Shown here piece after piece: positions 25,536 to 37,860 of a stretch of 64,000 nucleotides of DNA; within the stretch, counting starts at the first letter, position 1; every line of letters starts with the position of its first letter. The stretch lies in contig NIVC01002754.1 of NCBI GenBank assembly GCA_002269645.1, forward strand, positions 13,673 through 77,672. The letters are read 5' to 3'. The DNA comes from Macrostomum lignano. Lineage: Eukaryota. The translations under genes were made by a program, and so were the position numbers. A model generated the notes under the pieces. It did not search any database, was not told the DNA's origin, and worked only from the letters and a program-made list of their open reading frames with translations.

Positions 25536-26558
25536 GGTGAAAAGAAAGTGATATTAGAGACAAAAATGAATAAAATCGTAGCAAAGAATTGGTAATGATA
25601 TTCTATTCACAAAAAACACATTATAGCATTATTTATCAAATATATAACTCCGCTTTAACAACCAGTTTTATTTTCGTTCACCTAAAACGCCAGCACTAGC
25701 AACAACAAACGAATTTTATTAGCGACTTTATCGAAAGCACAAGTCAAAACAGTCCAGCTTTATTAGAAAAGAAAACCGGTTGCGCAAAAAATGCATTCGT
25801 AATCGTAAGATTTCAAGCTTAATAACTTACACTATTATACTACTAAAAAGTAGGACGCAGAATCAGTAGAACATAAAAAATATATCAACCATAGTTTGTG
25901 AAATACGACACATGATTGGAAGAGCATGTAGTTTTAGCTTAATAGGAAAATTAATTATGATTAGAAATTTATAAGTTTGGCTTTATAAATTAGGAACTTA
26001 AAAAATATGGGTTAGAGGATAAATGGGTTAAGTTTCTAAAAATATTTTAATTCTCTAAAATATGACACCAATTAATCAATATAGGTTGTTTAACTATTGA
26101 AATGAAAATAATGTCTGACTTTCGTATGTCTCTTACACTTTACGGTATGTCACTGTTTTCATGTCTTCTACATGTTTATGTCATTATGTGTTTTAATGTC
26201 TCAGATGCTTTAATGCCTCTACATGTATGTATATTACTCGTAATTTTCTCTAAAAATTTTATGTCACTGTCGTTTAATATCTTTTGTTTTTGACGTCACT
26301 ATCTTTTAATGTTTCTTACGTTTTTTAATGCTAATTTAAAAGATAGCGAACGAATATCTTTTAACGTACGTTATGTTCTTTTAAAGTTTCGATTGCATTT
26401 CATTGTCCCTACTATAGTCTTTTAATGTGTATTACGGATTTTTAAATGTCTCTTAAATAATTCTCTGAAATATGTCTCTCAGTTAAAACAAAATTTTCTA
26501 TGCTCCCAAGCAAACTGTTATAATGCCTAAGATTTCAAATCAAATCAATCAATCAAAT

Positions 26559-29500
26559 TTAGAGTTTATCCAGAGCCAGACGGGCAGACGATCGGCAATG
26601 CTGCCTCAGGTGATTCTCGTTGTTAATAGCCTGATTGCAGCCCCGCCATCGGCATTTTACTCCGCCACCAATATCACCGCAATGCACCCGTTTCAAGTGA
26701 CTGCTCAAATCTTCGGCGCTAAGAAATGCTAGAGTACAATTCGACCAATAGCACCGGAAAATATTCGATTTCAGCGTTGGCAACTGGGTGATCGTGACGC
26801 AGCCGCGACTGTCCCCAGCAACCAGACACCTGGCCGACTCGAAGTACTGAACTGAGGTGACGGCATTGCGGCCGGGACTGGCCCACACCACCACATGGGT
26901 GCAGCCGTCGGTTGGAACCGACTTGCCCGAAGCTAGCGAGGCCGGCAGCCGGTGACAACGCACTGAACCATCGGAGCAGCCAAGGAACAGCCAGGTGGAT
27001 CGAACGCTAACGTGCAAACTTATTAGACGAATGTCCGAACTCGGACAGCCGGTTGTGTCCGAACTGAATTGGCTGATTGGCGACTCCCAACGGCCGGATC
27101 GAAAAGTTTGCAGGCACCAGGAGGACAGGCAGAAGGCTATGGAGCCGGGCAGGGGGCAGCGGACCGCAACTGGGGGCGTTGGCTGCTTGATGTTAAACAG
27201 CAGTATGCCGCTGCGCTCGTCTCTGGGTTGGCAGGGGCGGATTTGAGAGTGAGGAAGGGCGGATTTGAGAGTGAGGAAGGGCGGATTTTAGAGTGAGGAA
27301 GGGCGGATTTGAGAGTGAGGAAGGGCGGATTTTAGAGTGAGGAAGGGCGGATTTTAGAGTGAGGAAGGGCGGATTTGAGAGTGAGGAAGGGCGGATTTGA
27401 GAGTGAGGAAGGGCGGATTTGAGAGTGAGGAAGGGCGGATTTGAGAGTGAGGAAGGGCGGATTTTAGAGTGAGGAAGGGCGGATTTTAGAGTGAGGAAGG
27501 GCGGATTTGAGAGTGAGGAAGGGCGGATTTTAGAGTGAGGAAGGGCGGATTTGAGAGTGAGGAAGGGCGGATTTGAGAGTGAGGAAGGGCGGATTTGAGA
27601 GTGAGGAAGGGCGGATTTGAGAGTGAGGAAGGGCGGATTTTAGAGTGAGGAAGGGCGGATTTGAGAGTGAGGAAGGGCGGATTTTAGAGTGAGGAAGGGC
27701 GGATTTGAGAGTGAGGAAGGGCGGATTTGAGAGTGAGGAAGGGCGGATTTTAGAGTGAGGAAGGGCGGATTTGAGAGTGAGGAAGGGCGGATTTGAGAGT
27801 GAGGAAGGGCGGATTTGAGAGTGAGGAAGGGCGGATTTGAGAGTGAGGAAGGGTGGATTTTAGAGTGAGGAAGGGCGGATTTTAGAGTGAGGAAGGGCGG
27901 ATTTGAGAGTGAGGAAGGGCGGATTTTAGAGTGAGGAAGGGCGGATTTGAGAGTGAGGAAGGGCGGATTTGAGAGTGAGGAAGGGCGGATTTGAGAGTGA
28001 GGAAGGGCGGATTTGAGAGTGAGGAAGGGTGGATTTTAGAGTGAGGAAGGGCGGATTTGAGAGTGAAGAGGGCGGTTTTTAGATTAAAGAGGGCGGGTTT
28101 TAGATTGAAGAGGGCAGTTTTTAGATTGAAGAGGGCAGTTTTTAGATTGAAGAGGGCGGTTTTTAGATTAAAGAGGGCGGTTTTTAGATTAAAGAGGGCG
28201 GGTTTTAGATTGAAGAGGGCGGTTTTTAGATTGAAGAGGGCGGTTTTTAGATTGAAGAGGGCGGTTTTTAGATTGAAGAGGGCGGGTTTTAGATTGAAGG
28301 CGGCGGATTGTAGATTCAGGGGCGCATTGTAGATTCAGGGGCGGAATGTGGATTCAGGGGCGGACTGTAGATTGAAGGGAGCGGATTGTAGATTGAAGGG
28401 AGCGGATTGTAGATTGAAGGGAGCGGATTGTAGATTAAAGGGAGCGGATTTTAGATTGAAGGGAGCAGATTGTGGATCAGGGGCGGATTGTAGATTCAGG
28501 GGCGGATTGTAGATTCAGGGGCGGATTGTAGATTCAGGGGCGGATTGTAGATTCAGGGGCGGATTGTAGATTCAGGGGCGGATTGTAGATTCAGGGGCGG
28601 ATTGTAGATTCAGGAGCGGATTGTAGATTCACGGGCGGATTGTAGATTCAGGAGCGGATTGTAGATTCAGGGGCGGATTGTAGATTCAGGAGCGGATTGT
28701 AGATTCAGGGGCGGATTGTAGATTCAGGGGCGGATTGTAGATTCAGGAGCGGATTGTAGATTCATGGGCGGATTGTAGATTCAGGGGCGGATTGTAGATT
28801 CACGGGCGGATTGTAGATTCAGGAGCGGATTGTAGATTCATGGGCGGATTGTAGATTCAGGAGCGGATTGTAGATTCAGGGGCGGATTGTAGATTCAGGG
28901 GTGGATTGTAGATTCACGGGCGGATTGTAGATTCAGGGGCGGATTGTAGATTCAGGAGCGGATTGTAGATTCACGGGCGGATTGTAGATTCAGGAGCGGA
29001 TTGTAGATTCAGGGGCGGATTGTAGATTCAGGGGCGGATTGTAGATTCAGGGGCGGATTGTAGATTCAGGGGCGGATTGTAGATTCAGGGGCGGATTGTA
29101 GATTCACGGGCGGATTGTAGATTCAGGGGCGGATTGTAGATTCATGGGCGGATTGTAGATTCAGGAGCGGATTGTAGATTCAGGGGCGGATTGTAGATTC
29201 AGGGGTGGATTGTAGATTCACGGGCGGATTGTAGATTCAGGGGCGGATCGTGGATTCAGGGGCGGACTGTAGATTGAAGGGAGCGGATTGTAGATTGAAG
29301 GGAGCGGATTGTAGATTAAAGGGAGCGGATTTTAGATTGAAGGGAGCAGATTGTGGATCAGGAGCGGATTGTAGATTCAGGAGCGGATTTTAGATTGAAG
29401 GGAGCAGATTGTGGATCAGGAGCGGATTGTAGATTCATGGGCGGATTGTAGATTCATGGGCGGATTGTGGATTCAGGAGCGGATTGTAGATTCAGGGGCG

Positions 29501-32500
29501 GATTGTAGATTGAAGGGAGCAGATTGTAGATTCAGGGGCGGATTGTAGATTCAGGGGCGGATTGTAGATTCAGCGGCGGATTGTAGATTCAGGGGCGGAT
29601 TGTAGATTCAGGAGCGGATTGTAGATTCAGGGGCGGATTGTAGATTCAGGGGCGGATTGTAGATTCAGGAGCGGATTGTAGATTCAGGGGCGGAATGCAG
29701 ATTCAGGGGCGGATTGTAGATTCAGGGGCGGATTGTAGATTCAGGAGCGGATTGTAGATTCAGGGGCGGATTGTAGATTCAGGGGCGGAATGCAGATTCA
29801 GGGGCGGATTGTAGATTCAGGGGCGGATTGTAGATTCAGGAGCGGATTGTAGATTCAGGAGCGGATTGTAGATTCAGGGGCGGAATGCAGATTCAGGGGC
29901 GGATTGTAGATTCAGGGGCGGATTGTAGATTCAGGAGCGGATTGTAGATTCAGGGGCGGATTGTAGATTCAGGAGCGGATTGTAGATTCAGGGGCGGAAT
30001 GCAGATTCAGGGGCGGATTGTAGATTCAGGGGCGGATTGTAGATTCAGGAGCGGATTGTAGATTCAGGGGCGGATTGGTTAACAATGAAAATGAGCTACA
30101 CAAAATTAAGTGAAACTCACCGAACAATAATAAGCTTGTCAGTCTGACAGCCAACTAAAGCAACGCGCCTGCCCTCGCAGACGGTCAGCTCCAGGCAGGA
30201 CACCGGTCCGTCGCAGCCAATCCAGCCAGACATAAGTGTGGCGCTATTCAAATCGTACTTGCACACCCGGCCGCTGCCCAGGCCCAGATAGATACAATCC
30301 CATCGATGACAGGCAGCCCATAGTTGAGCTTCTAGGCTGCTTCGCTTCAACAAATCGCCAGTTCTAGTATTGTGCACAGACAGCACCGCGTCGGAGCCGC
30401 CGCTATAGATTCTAAACACATCGATAGAGCAGCCAAGGTTAGTAACTACCATACAGTTCACCCGGCACTGGCTGCTGGAACTGCCGCCTCGCCGATATGT
30501 AGTTAAGCATTCGTGAGTCTGCAATGAGAACCGTTTAGCGGTGCCATCGGCCGAGCCGGTGTACAGGAAACCGTTGCTAATTAGGGTGCAAATTATCTGA
30601 TCTGAATTGTGCGCCTGAAATTTGCCAGGCAATGCCATTGTACTGGTTGGGGCCGATTCTTCCATTCTGGTGCGCTTTCGTTGCTCGCTTAGACTCAGGG
30701 TGGGTCTGCGCTGGGCGGCTGGGGTTTGAGCTCTGCGGTTACTGTCGCTGCTGCTGCTGCTGCTGCTGCTGTCGCTGCTGCTGCTCTCGAATCGGCGTCT
30801 TGGTGCGAATTGGAAACCCATGGCTCTTTTTTACCGCTTGTCTCTGCTGTCTACTGCTTATTTCTGTTGTCTACCGCTTATCTCTGCTGTCTACCGCTTA
30901 TCTCTGTCTACCGCTTATCTCTCTGTCTACCGTTTATCACTGCTGTCTACCGCTTGTCTCTGTTGTCTACTGCTTATTTCTGTTGTCTTACCGCTTATTG
31001 CTGCTGGCTGCCGCTTATTTCTGCTGTCTACCGCTTATCTCTCTGCTGTCTACCGCTTGCCTCTGCTGTCTACCGCTTATCTGTCTCTGTTTACCGCCTA
31101 CCTCTGCTGTCTACCGCTTATCTCTCTGTCTACCGCTTATCTCGGCTGTCTACCGCTTATCTCTGCTGTCTACCGCTTATCTCTGTTGTCTACCGCTTAT
31201 CTCTCTGTTGTCTACCGCTTATCTCTGCTGTCTACGGCTTATCTCTGCTGTCTACCGCTTATCTCTCTCTGTCTACCGCTTATCTGTCTCTGTCTACCGC
31301 TTATCTCACTCAATTTACCGCTTATCTCTGCTGTCTACGGCTTATCTCTCGCTGTCTACGGCTTATCTCTGCTGTCTACCGCTTATCTCTCTGTCTACCG
31401 CTTATCTCGGCTGTCTACCGCTTATCTCTGCTGTCTACCGCTTATCTCTGTTGTCTACCGCTTATCTCTCTGTTGTCTACCGCTTATCTCTCTCTGTCTA
31501 CCGCTTATCTGTCTCTGTCTACCGCTTATCTCACTCAATTTACCGCTTATCTCTGCTGTCTACGGCTTATCTCTGCTGTCTACCGCTTATCTCTCTCTGT
31601 CTACCGCTTATCTGTCTCTGTCTACCGCTTATCTCACTCAATTTACCGCTTATCTCTGCTGTCTACGGCTTATCTCTCGCTGTCTACGGCTTATCTCTGC
31701 TGTCTACCGCTTATCTCTCGCTGTCTACCGCTTATCTCTGCTGTCTACGGCTTATCTCTGCTGTCTACTGTTTATCTCTCTCTGTCTACCGCTTATCTGT
31801 CTGTCTACCGCTTATCTCACTCAATTTACCGCTTATCTCTGCTGTCTACCGCTTATCTCACTCAGTTTACCGCTTATTTGTCTGTCTTACCACTTTCTCT
31901 AAAAATTACAACTGCTATCCTGGATCACCGATATTTTAAGCACAAAACCGCCGACAAGATTCAGCACTCACCGACTGGAAGATTTGGATGTACCCGCAAC
32001 ACTGGCAACTGCAGCACCAATAGTCGCTGCGGAATCAGAACTTTTATTATTATTATTGTTACTTTTGAGCTTATTTCTAATATCCAAATCCACCACAATG
32101 ACGTCATCGGAATCTGCCTCCACTTTAACATTCTTGTCTTTCTGCTTTTTATTTTCTTTTTCGCCATTCCTACTAACAGTAGTAGGAATATTAGTTGTAC
32201 TGCTACTAGTAATATCGGTGGACTTCTCAGATTTAACAACTCCAGCTTGCTGTAAAGAACGAGCAATACAGGCAAAAGTTGAGGAGACATTGTTGGTGTC
32301 ATTCGGTTCAGCAGCTGACGTTCTTGGCCTCTTAGCCGCTGGCGGAGCTGCAGTACTCTCTTCATCGTCTGAGTCATCTCCATCATTATCATTATTATCG
32401 GCAGGAGCATCTCCAGTTGCAGTGGATGAATTAGCCGCTTGAGCAGACAGTCTCTCAGCCACTAGGCGATCCATTTCGGCAAACGTCAGATCTCTGGACT

Positions 32501-35500
32501 GCTCGGATCGAATTATACTGCGAATCACTTGTAAAGTGGCTTCGTCTACAGGGGATGAGGCGCTAGCGGAGACTGGGCCAGTGGCGTCGAAAGAACACGG
32601 CTCAGCTGGTGGTGGCGGAAGCAGCGAGGGCGGCTGCGCAGGCGGCGGCGTTGGTGGAGCAACTCGAGGTTCAGCTGCAGTTTGCTGTGGCGAACCACTG
32701 GACGGCCCTGAGACACTTTCTGGAAATGCAAGAAGAAATTGTTTAGTTCTGGTACCACTGGGCTGGCCTAGAAACTGAGGCTTTGAGAGGCTGGCACAGC
32801 AACTGAGGCCTTGAGAGGCTGGCAAAGCAACTGAGGATTTAGGAGGCTAGCACAGCAACTGAGGATCTGGGAGGCTAGCACAGCAACTGAGGATCTGGGA
32901 GGCTGGTCCAGCAACTGAGGATCTGGGAGGCTGGCCCAGCAACTGAGGATCTGGAAGGCTGGCTCAGCAACTGAGGATCTGGAAGGCTGGCCCAGCAACT
33001 GAAGATCTGGGAGGCTGGTCCAGCAACTGAGGATCTGGGAGGCTGGCTCAGCAACTGAGGATCTGTGAGGCTGGCCCAGCAACTGAGAATGTGGGAGGCT
33101 GGCCCAGCAACTAAAGATTTGGGAGGCTGGCCCAGCAAATGAGGATCTGAGCTGTTAGCAGTGGATGCATACCAGCCTACTGAATCTAATAAATAAAATG
33201 TACTATGCAACGACGCATCATCGGTTATAAATAAACATGTTTAGTTTGTTTCGAAGCGATTGATTCTTATCCCTATATTTATCTCAGTCTTTCCTTCTCA
33301 ATTTCACTAGTCTGATGAGTGAGAGAACTCAGAGCTGTAGTTCCAATTAGGCATTAGTCACGAACTGCTTCTTTGCACCTAGGTTTTATCCCTGGATTCC
33401 AATTGCATTTGGTTCCTAATTGGGCTATATTTAACCGACTTAGACACGAGGCTTCGCGGAGAAAATATTAGAGAAACTTTGAAGTAAGACAATATGAAAC
33501 GCTGATTGGATTGCAACTAGCTCGTACTCGCAGATAAAATGCATACCAATCCGACGGAATTACACATAGTAACTCGTCTTATACTGAGCCTTTTCTACAG
33601 CGGTTGAGCAAAAGTTGGGTGCGAGCCTGTGTAAAGGAAACTTAAACGTAAGTTTATTCTTCGACCTACTAGTACTAGCTACTATCTGATCTTAGCATCT
33701 CTCTCTACTTGTCTCTGTATCTTGCCGGCCTCTAATCCTGCCGCTTATCTGCGTATCTCGCCGGCCTCTCTTATCTTGCCGCCTCTTTGAACTTGCCACT
33801 TGTCTGTGTATTTCGCCGGCCTTTCTTATCTTGTCGCCTCTTTGATCTTGCCGCTTATCTGTGTATCTCGCCGGCCTCTTTGTTCTTGCCGCTTATCTGT
33901 GTATCTCACTGGCCTCTTTGTTCTTGCCGCTTATCTGTGTATCTCGCCGGCCTCTCTTATCTTGCCGCCTCTTTGAGCTTGCCACTTGTCTGTGTATTTC
34001 GCCGGCCTTTCTTATCTTGTCGCCTCTTTGATCTTGCCGCTTATCTGTGTATCTCGCCGGCCTCTTTGTTCTTGCCGCTTATCTGTGTATCTCACTGGCC
34101 TCTTTGTTCTTGCCGCTTATCTGTGTATCTCGCCGGCCTCTCTTATCTTGCCGCCTCTTTGAGCTTGCCACTTGTCTGTGTATTTCGCCGGCCTTTCTTA
34201 ATATCTTGTCGCCTCTTTGATCTTGCCGCTTATCTGTGTATCTCGCCGGCCTCTTTGTTCTTGCCGCTTATCTGTGTATCTCGCCGGCCTCTTTGTTCTT
34301 GCCGCTTATCTGTGTATCTCGCCGGCCTCTTTGTTCTTGCCGCTTATCTGTGTATCTCGCCGGCCTCTTTGTTCTTGCCGCTTATCTGTGTATCTCGCCG
34401 GCCTCTTTGTTCTTGCCGCTTATCTGTGTATCTCACCGACCTCTCTTATCTTGCCGCCTCTTTGATCCTGTCGGCCTCTCATCTTGCCGCATCTTTGCTC
34501 TTGCCGCCTGTATCTGATCTGAGCCTCTGATCGTGCTAAATCTGACTTCGAAGATTCTTAGTCTGATTTTGCTACCCCAGTCAAATAAGCGCTGTTTACG
34601 CCATTGCCGTAATCGCCCTCAACGGCACAAGTCTGCAACAAATCATTAATCTGGAACTTGCAAGTTAAATTAATATATCATAAATTTTATCTCAACAGAC
34701 AAAACGATGACAAACGACAACAACGGAGATTCTTTCATCAGCACAGTCGCTTACCGGCAAGAAAATCAAATAAGTTTAACAACAGCATCCACACAGACTG
34801 AACAGCAACTATTTGGCACAGATTTCATATCGGTCGGCGGCCTGGCTTTAATATTTGTGGCACTATTCCTGCTACTATCTTCAGCAGTAGGCATTTTAGT
34901 GTATCAATTAGCTAGCCGGGGCCTAATCTGGCGCAGTACTGAAGCCGAGCTCAATCAGGTCAACCAGCTCTGGTCTCGGCCATCTAGCAGGGCTGGCACA
35001 ACAATGGGCACTAGGACCACAGCAATGGGCGGTAGTCCTAGCGAAGCTGGCGCAATGCCAACGTCCCCTAGAAGCAGCCTGAGTGGCGGCAGCGGCAGGC
35101 AAAGCGGCGAAGCTTCTGCCACTAATAGCGGCATCGTTGTCCGACGAAACAGCAGCCGAGTGTCCATTATATCGCCTAGTAGCGTCACTAGCAACAGCAA
35201 TAGCAACAACAATATTAACAGTACTACTCATAGTAATAGTCCGCAGACATCTATATCCCCGTCAATTGCGTTGACAAGAGTGGAAAGTTGAGTTACTAAG
35301 TGCATCTAATTGCTCAAGTCTTATTATTTTGCAAGTTTCATTTTTTCTCATTAACCTCAAATTCACAAGCATTGACACAATTGAATCTCATTAAATATAA
35401 AGCAAAACATCCCGAAGTCTCGGGTATAACAAAAAATTACCTTTTAAAATTGCCAGTCGTTTAGACGTCAAATTAGCCTTCTTTTCAGTCAGCTGTAAAA

Positions 35501-37859
35501 TGAATTTTATACTAATGCTTGTAAGCTAAAACAAGAACGAGGAGCACTTGGCAATCTTAAAAATTAACAATATAATATAGTACAGCAACTGAGGATCTGT
35601 GAGGCTGGCCCAGCAACTGAGGATCTGTGAGGCTGGCCCAGCAACTGTGGATCTGGGAGGCTGGCCCAGCAACTGAGGATCTGGGAGGCTGGTCCAGCAA
35701 CTGAGGATCTAGGAGGCTGGTCCAGCAACTGAGGATCTGGGAGGCTGGTCCAGCAACTGAGGATCTGGGAGGCTGGCCCAGCAACTGAGGATCTAGGAGG
35801 CTGGTCCAGCAACTGAGGATCTAGGAGGCTGGTCCAGCAACTGAGGAACTGTGAGGCTGGCCCAGCAACTGAGGATTTGGGAGGCTGGACCAGCAACTGA
35901 GGATCTGGGAGGCTGGCCCAGCAACTGAAGACGTGGGATGCTTGCCCATCAAGCTCTGGGTAGCAACACCCTATGACTGAATGCCATACATATAAACTCA
36001 CCTGTTTCATAGCAGCCTCCTTATTTTCAAGAGTCTGCTGCATCTCTTGCACCCTGAGCCGCAGCTCCGCAAGCTCTTGACGCTGACTCTCTAGCTCAGT
36101 CTCCAGCTGCTCCTCTTGCAGCGACAATTCCAGGGCTTGCTGCAATCGCTGAACGGCAAGACTTGGCTGAGGTTTTGACTCCGTTGATCTAGTCTCATCC
36201 ACTGCTTGATCAGGTGCTTCAGGTGCTAATTCGCCCCCCTGAGGCCCCGCACCAGACGTTGAAGCTTGCGATTGCTGCGACGTTGAAGCTGACAGAAGGC
36301 TGTTTATTGGCTGAGACATCGGCGCCTGCGACACTGTGTCAGATTCGTCTTCGCCTCTGGGATCGGGTCGTTTGGATCGCGATGTTCGCGACTGTTGCAA
36401 TAAAGGGTTCAGCGAGAAATTAGGCGGTGGTCAGAAATAATGGCTTGGGCGCTAAACATGCTACTTATCTGCGCTTTTGCTAAATAGTAATATAAGTTTG
36501 TTATTATGTACTCTTACTAAAGACTAGCATCTCTCTCTATGGAGAGGTTAGCATCTCTCTCTATGGGGAGGGTAGCATCTCTCTCTATGGAGAGGGTAGC
36601 ATCTCTCACTATGGGGAGGGTAGCATCTCTCTCTATAGGGAGGGTAGCATCTCTCACTATGGGAGGGTAGCATCTCTCACTATGGAGAGGGTAGCATCTC
36701 TCACTATGGGGAGGGTAGCATCTCTCACTATGGAGAGGGCAGCATCTCTCACCATGGAGAGGGTAGCATCTCTCTCTATGGGGAGGGTAGCATCTCTCAC
36801 TATGGGGAGGGTAGCATCTCTCACTATGGGGAGGGTAGCATCTCTCTCTATGGAGAGGGTAGCATCTCTCTCTATGGGGAGGGTAGCATCTCTCACTATG
36901 GAGAGGGCAGCATCTCTCACTATGGAGAGGGTAGCATCTCTCTCTATGGAGAGGGTAGCATCTCTCACTATGGGGAGGGTAGCATCTCTCACTATGAGGG
37001 TAGCATCTCTCACTATGGAGAGGGTAGCATCTCTCTCTATTGGAGGGTAGCATCTCTCACTATGGGGAGGGTAGCATCTCTCACTATGAGGAGGGTAGCA
37101 TCTCTCTATGGAGAGGGTAGCAAAATTCTACTAACACACCTTGCCACCAGCCGCGGCGCCACTATTAACAACATCCTCCCAGATGCGTCGATCTTTGCGA
37201 GTTTTCGCACCGCTATTGGCCAAATCCAACACTCGGACGGCTCGATTCGGCGAATTCGACATGCCAGAAGTTGTCGGGCCAGCAGTTTCAGTCTGATCAG
37301 ATGACAAGTGAACTGATGGTCGAATTCGACCGCTGCTAGCACTACTACTAGTAGTTGGATTAGCTGCAGGTAACGATTGCGCTTCATTTTGCCATGGCTC
37401 TACCTGCTGCTGCATTAACTGTGGCGGAGTTGGCAGCAAAGCCCCTGTCTGCTGCTTCTGTTGTTGCTGATGGTTTTGACGCTGATAAGGACCAGGATAT
37501 GCTGATGAATGATAAGCAGAACTGTCAATACCATGCTGATGGCCCCAATGTCCATATTGCTGTTGTTTTTGTTGTTGTTGATGCTGCTGCTTGTGGCGAG
37601 GGGGTCTATATCTGTGATGATGGTTGTTGCCACTACCACGGCCACTGCTGCCACAACCAATGTTGCCACCACCACGGCCAATGTTGCCACCACCACGGCC
37701 AATGTTGCCACCACCATGGCCAATGTTGCCACCACCATGGCCAATGTTGCCACCACCACGGCCAATGTTGCCACCACCATGGCCAATGTTGCCACCACCA
37801 CGACCACCATTGCCACCATTATGACCACTGCTGCCACCTCTTTGACTATGGGCAGACAT
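26559..37859 (-). CDS. ZNF106: Zinc finger protein 106-like (low-complexity N-terminal part, coiled coil, WD40 repeats, C-terminal C2H2-type fingers); partial model
   Basis: Exons ~37859-37140, 36391-36002, [one exon not located], 32719-31972, 30798-30121, 27222-26559. WD40 segment YTGSADGTAKRFSL..RVNCMVVT..HRWDCIYLGLGSG..PVSCLE..IVR|DERSGILL, then FRCYWSNCTLAF..DLSSHLKRVH..KCRWRGC and LELSLQEEQL, all parallel the recalled vertebrate ZNF106 C-terminus. Confidence 0.8.
27236..30075. repeat. Compound minisatellite filling a ZNF106 intron: 22-bp GGGCGGATTTGAGAGTGAGGAA, 21-bp GAAGAGGGCGGTTTTTAGATT, 19-bp GGGGCGGATTGTAGATTCA
   Basis: Three sequential blocks (27236-28070, 28057-28300, 28300-30075) sharing a GGGCGGATT(T/G)TAGA core. 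Confidence 0.95.
30832..31890. repeat. ~20-bp minisatellite (GCTTATCTCTGCTGTCTACC)n in ZNF106 intron
   Basis: Direct reading; source of ORFs 30632-32255. Confidence 0.95.
32783..33150. repeat. 28-bp minisatellite family A, copy 3
   Basis: Direct reading. Confidence 0.95.
33708..34530. repeat. ~38-bp minisatellite (TTGCCGCTTATCTGTGTATCTCGCCGGCCTCTTTGTTC)n with higher-order repetition
   Basis: Direct reading; 33780-33960 is repeated at 33960-34140. Confidence 0.92.
34707..35291 (+). CDS. Putative single-pass membrane protein (194 aa) nested antisense in a ZNF106 intron
   Basis: Non-repetitive ATG-initiated ORF; hydrophobic helix ISVGGLALIFVALFLLLSSAVGILVYQL; Ser/Thr/Asn-rich tail; candidate acceptor CTCAACAG just upstream. 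Confidence 0.6.
   Translation: MTNDNNGDSFISTVAYRQENQISLTTASTQTEQQLFGTDFISVGGLALIFVALFLLLSSAVGILVYQLASRGLIWRSTEAELNQVNQLWSRPSSRAGTTMGTRTTAMGGSPSEAGAMPTSPRSSLSGGSGRQSGEASATNSGIVVRRNSSRVSIISPSSVTSNSNSNNNINSTTHSNSPQTSISPSIALTRVES
35582..35930. repeat. 28-bp minisatellite family A, copy 4
   Basis: Direct reading; in-frame read-through of it extends ORF 35564..36400 artefactually. Confidence 0.95.
36524..37120. repeat. 23-24-bp minisatellite (GAGGGTAGCATCTCTCACTATGG)n in ZNF106 intron
   Basis: Direct reading, ~25 copies. Confidence 0.95.
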
Positions 37860-37860
37860 T

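Noticed and set aside
17866-30075. CRISPR-like appearance of regularly spaced 19-28-bp repeats
   Set aside because: No unique spacers, no cas genes, eukaryotic context; these are head-to-tail minisatellites.
33312-33330. CTGATGAG hammerhead-core-like sequence
   Set aside because: No properly spaced GAAA and no flanking stems identified.
33547-33626. Candidate missing ZNF106 exon (ARTQLLLNRCRK)
   Set aside because: In-frame stop and phase mismatch with the flanking exons.
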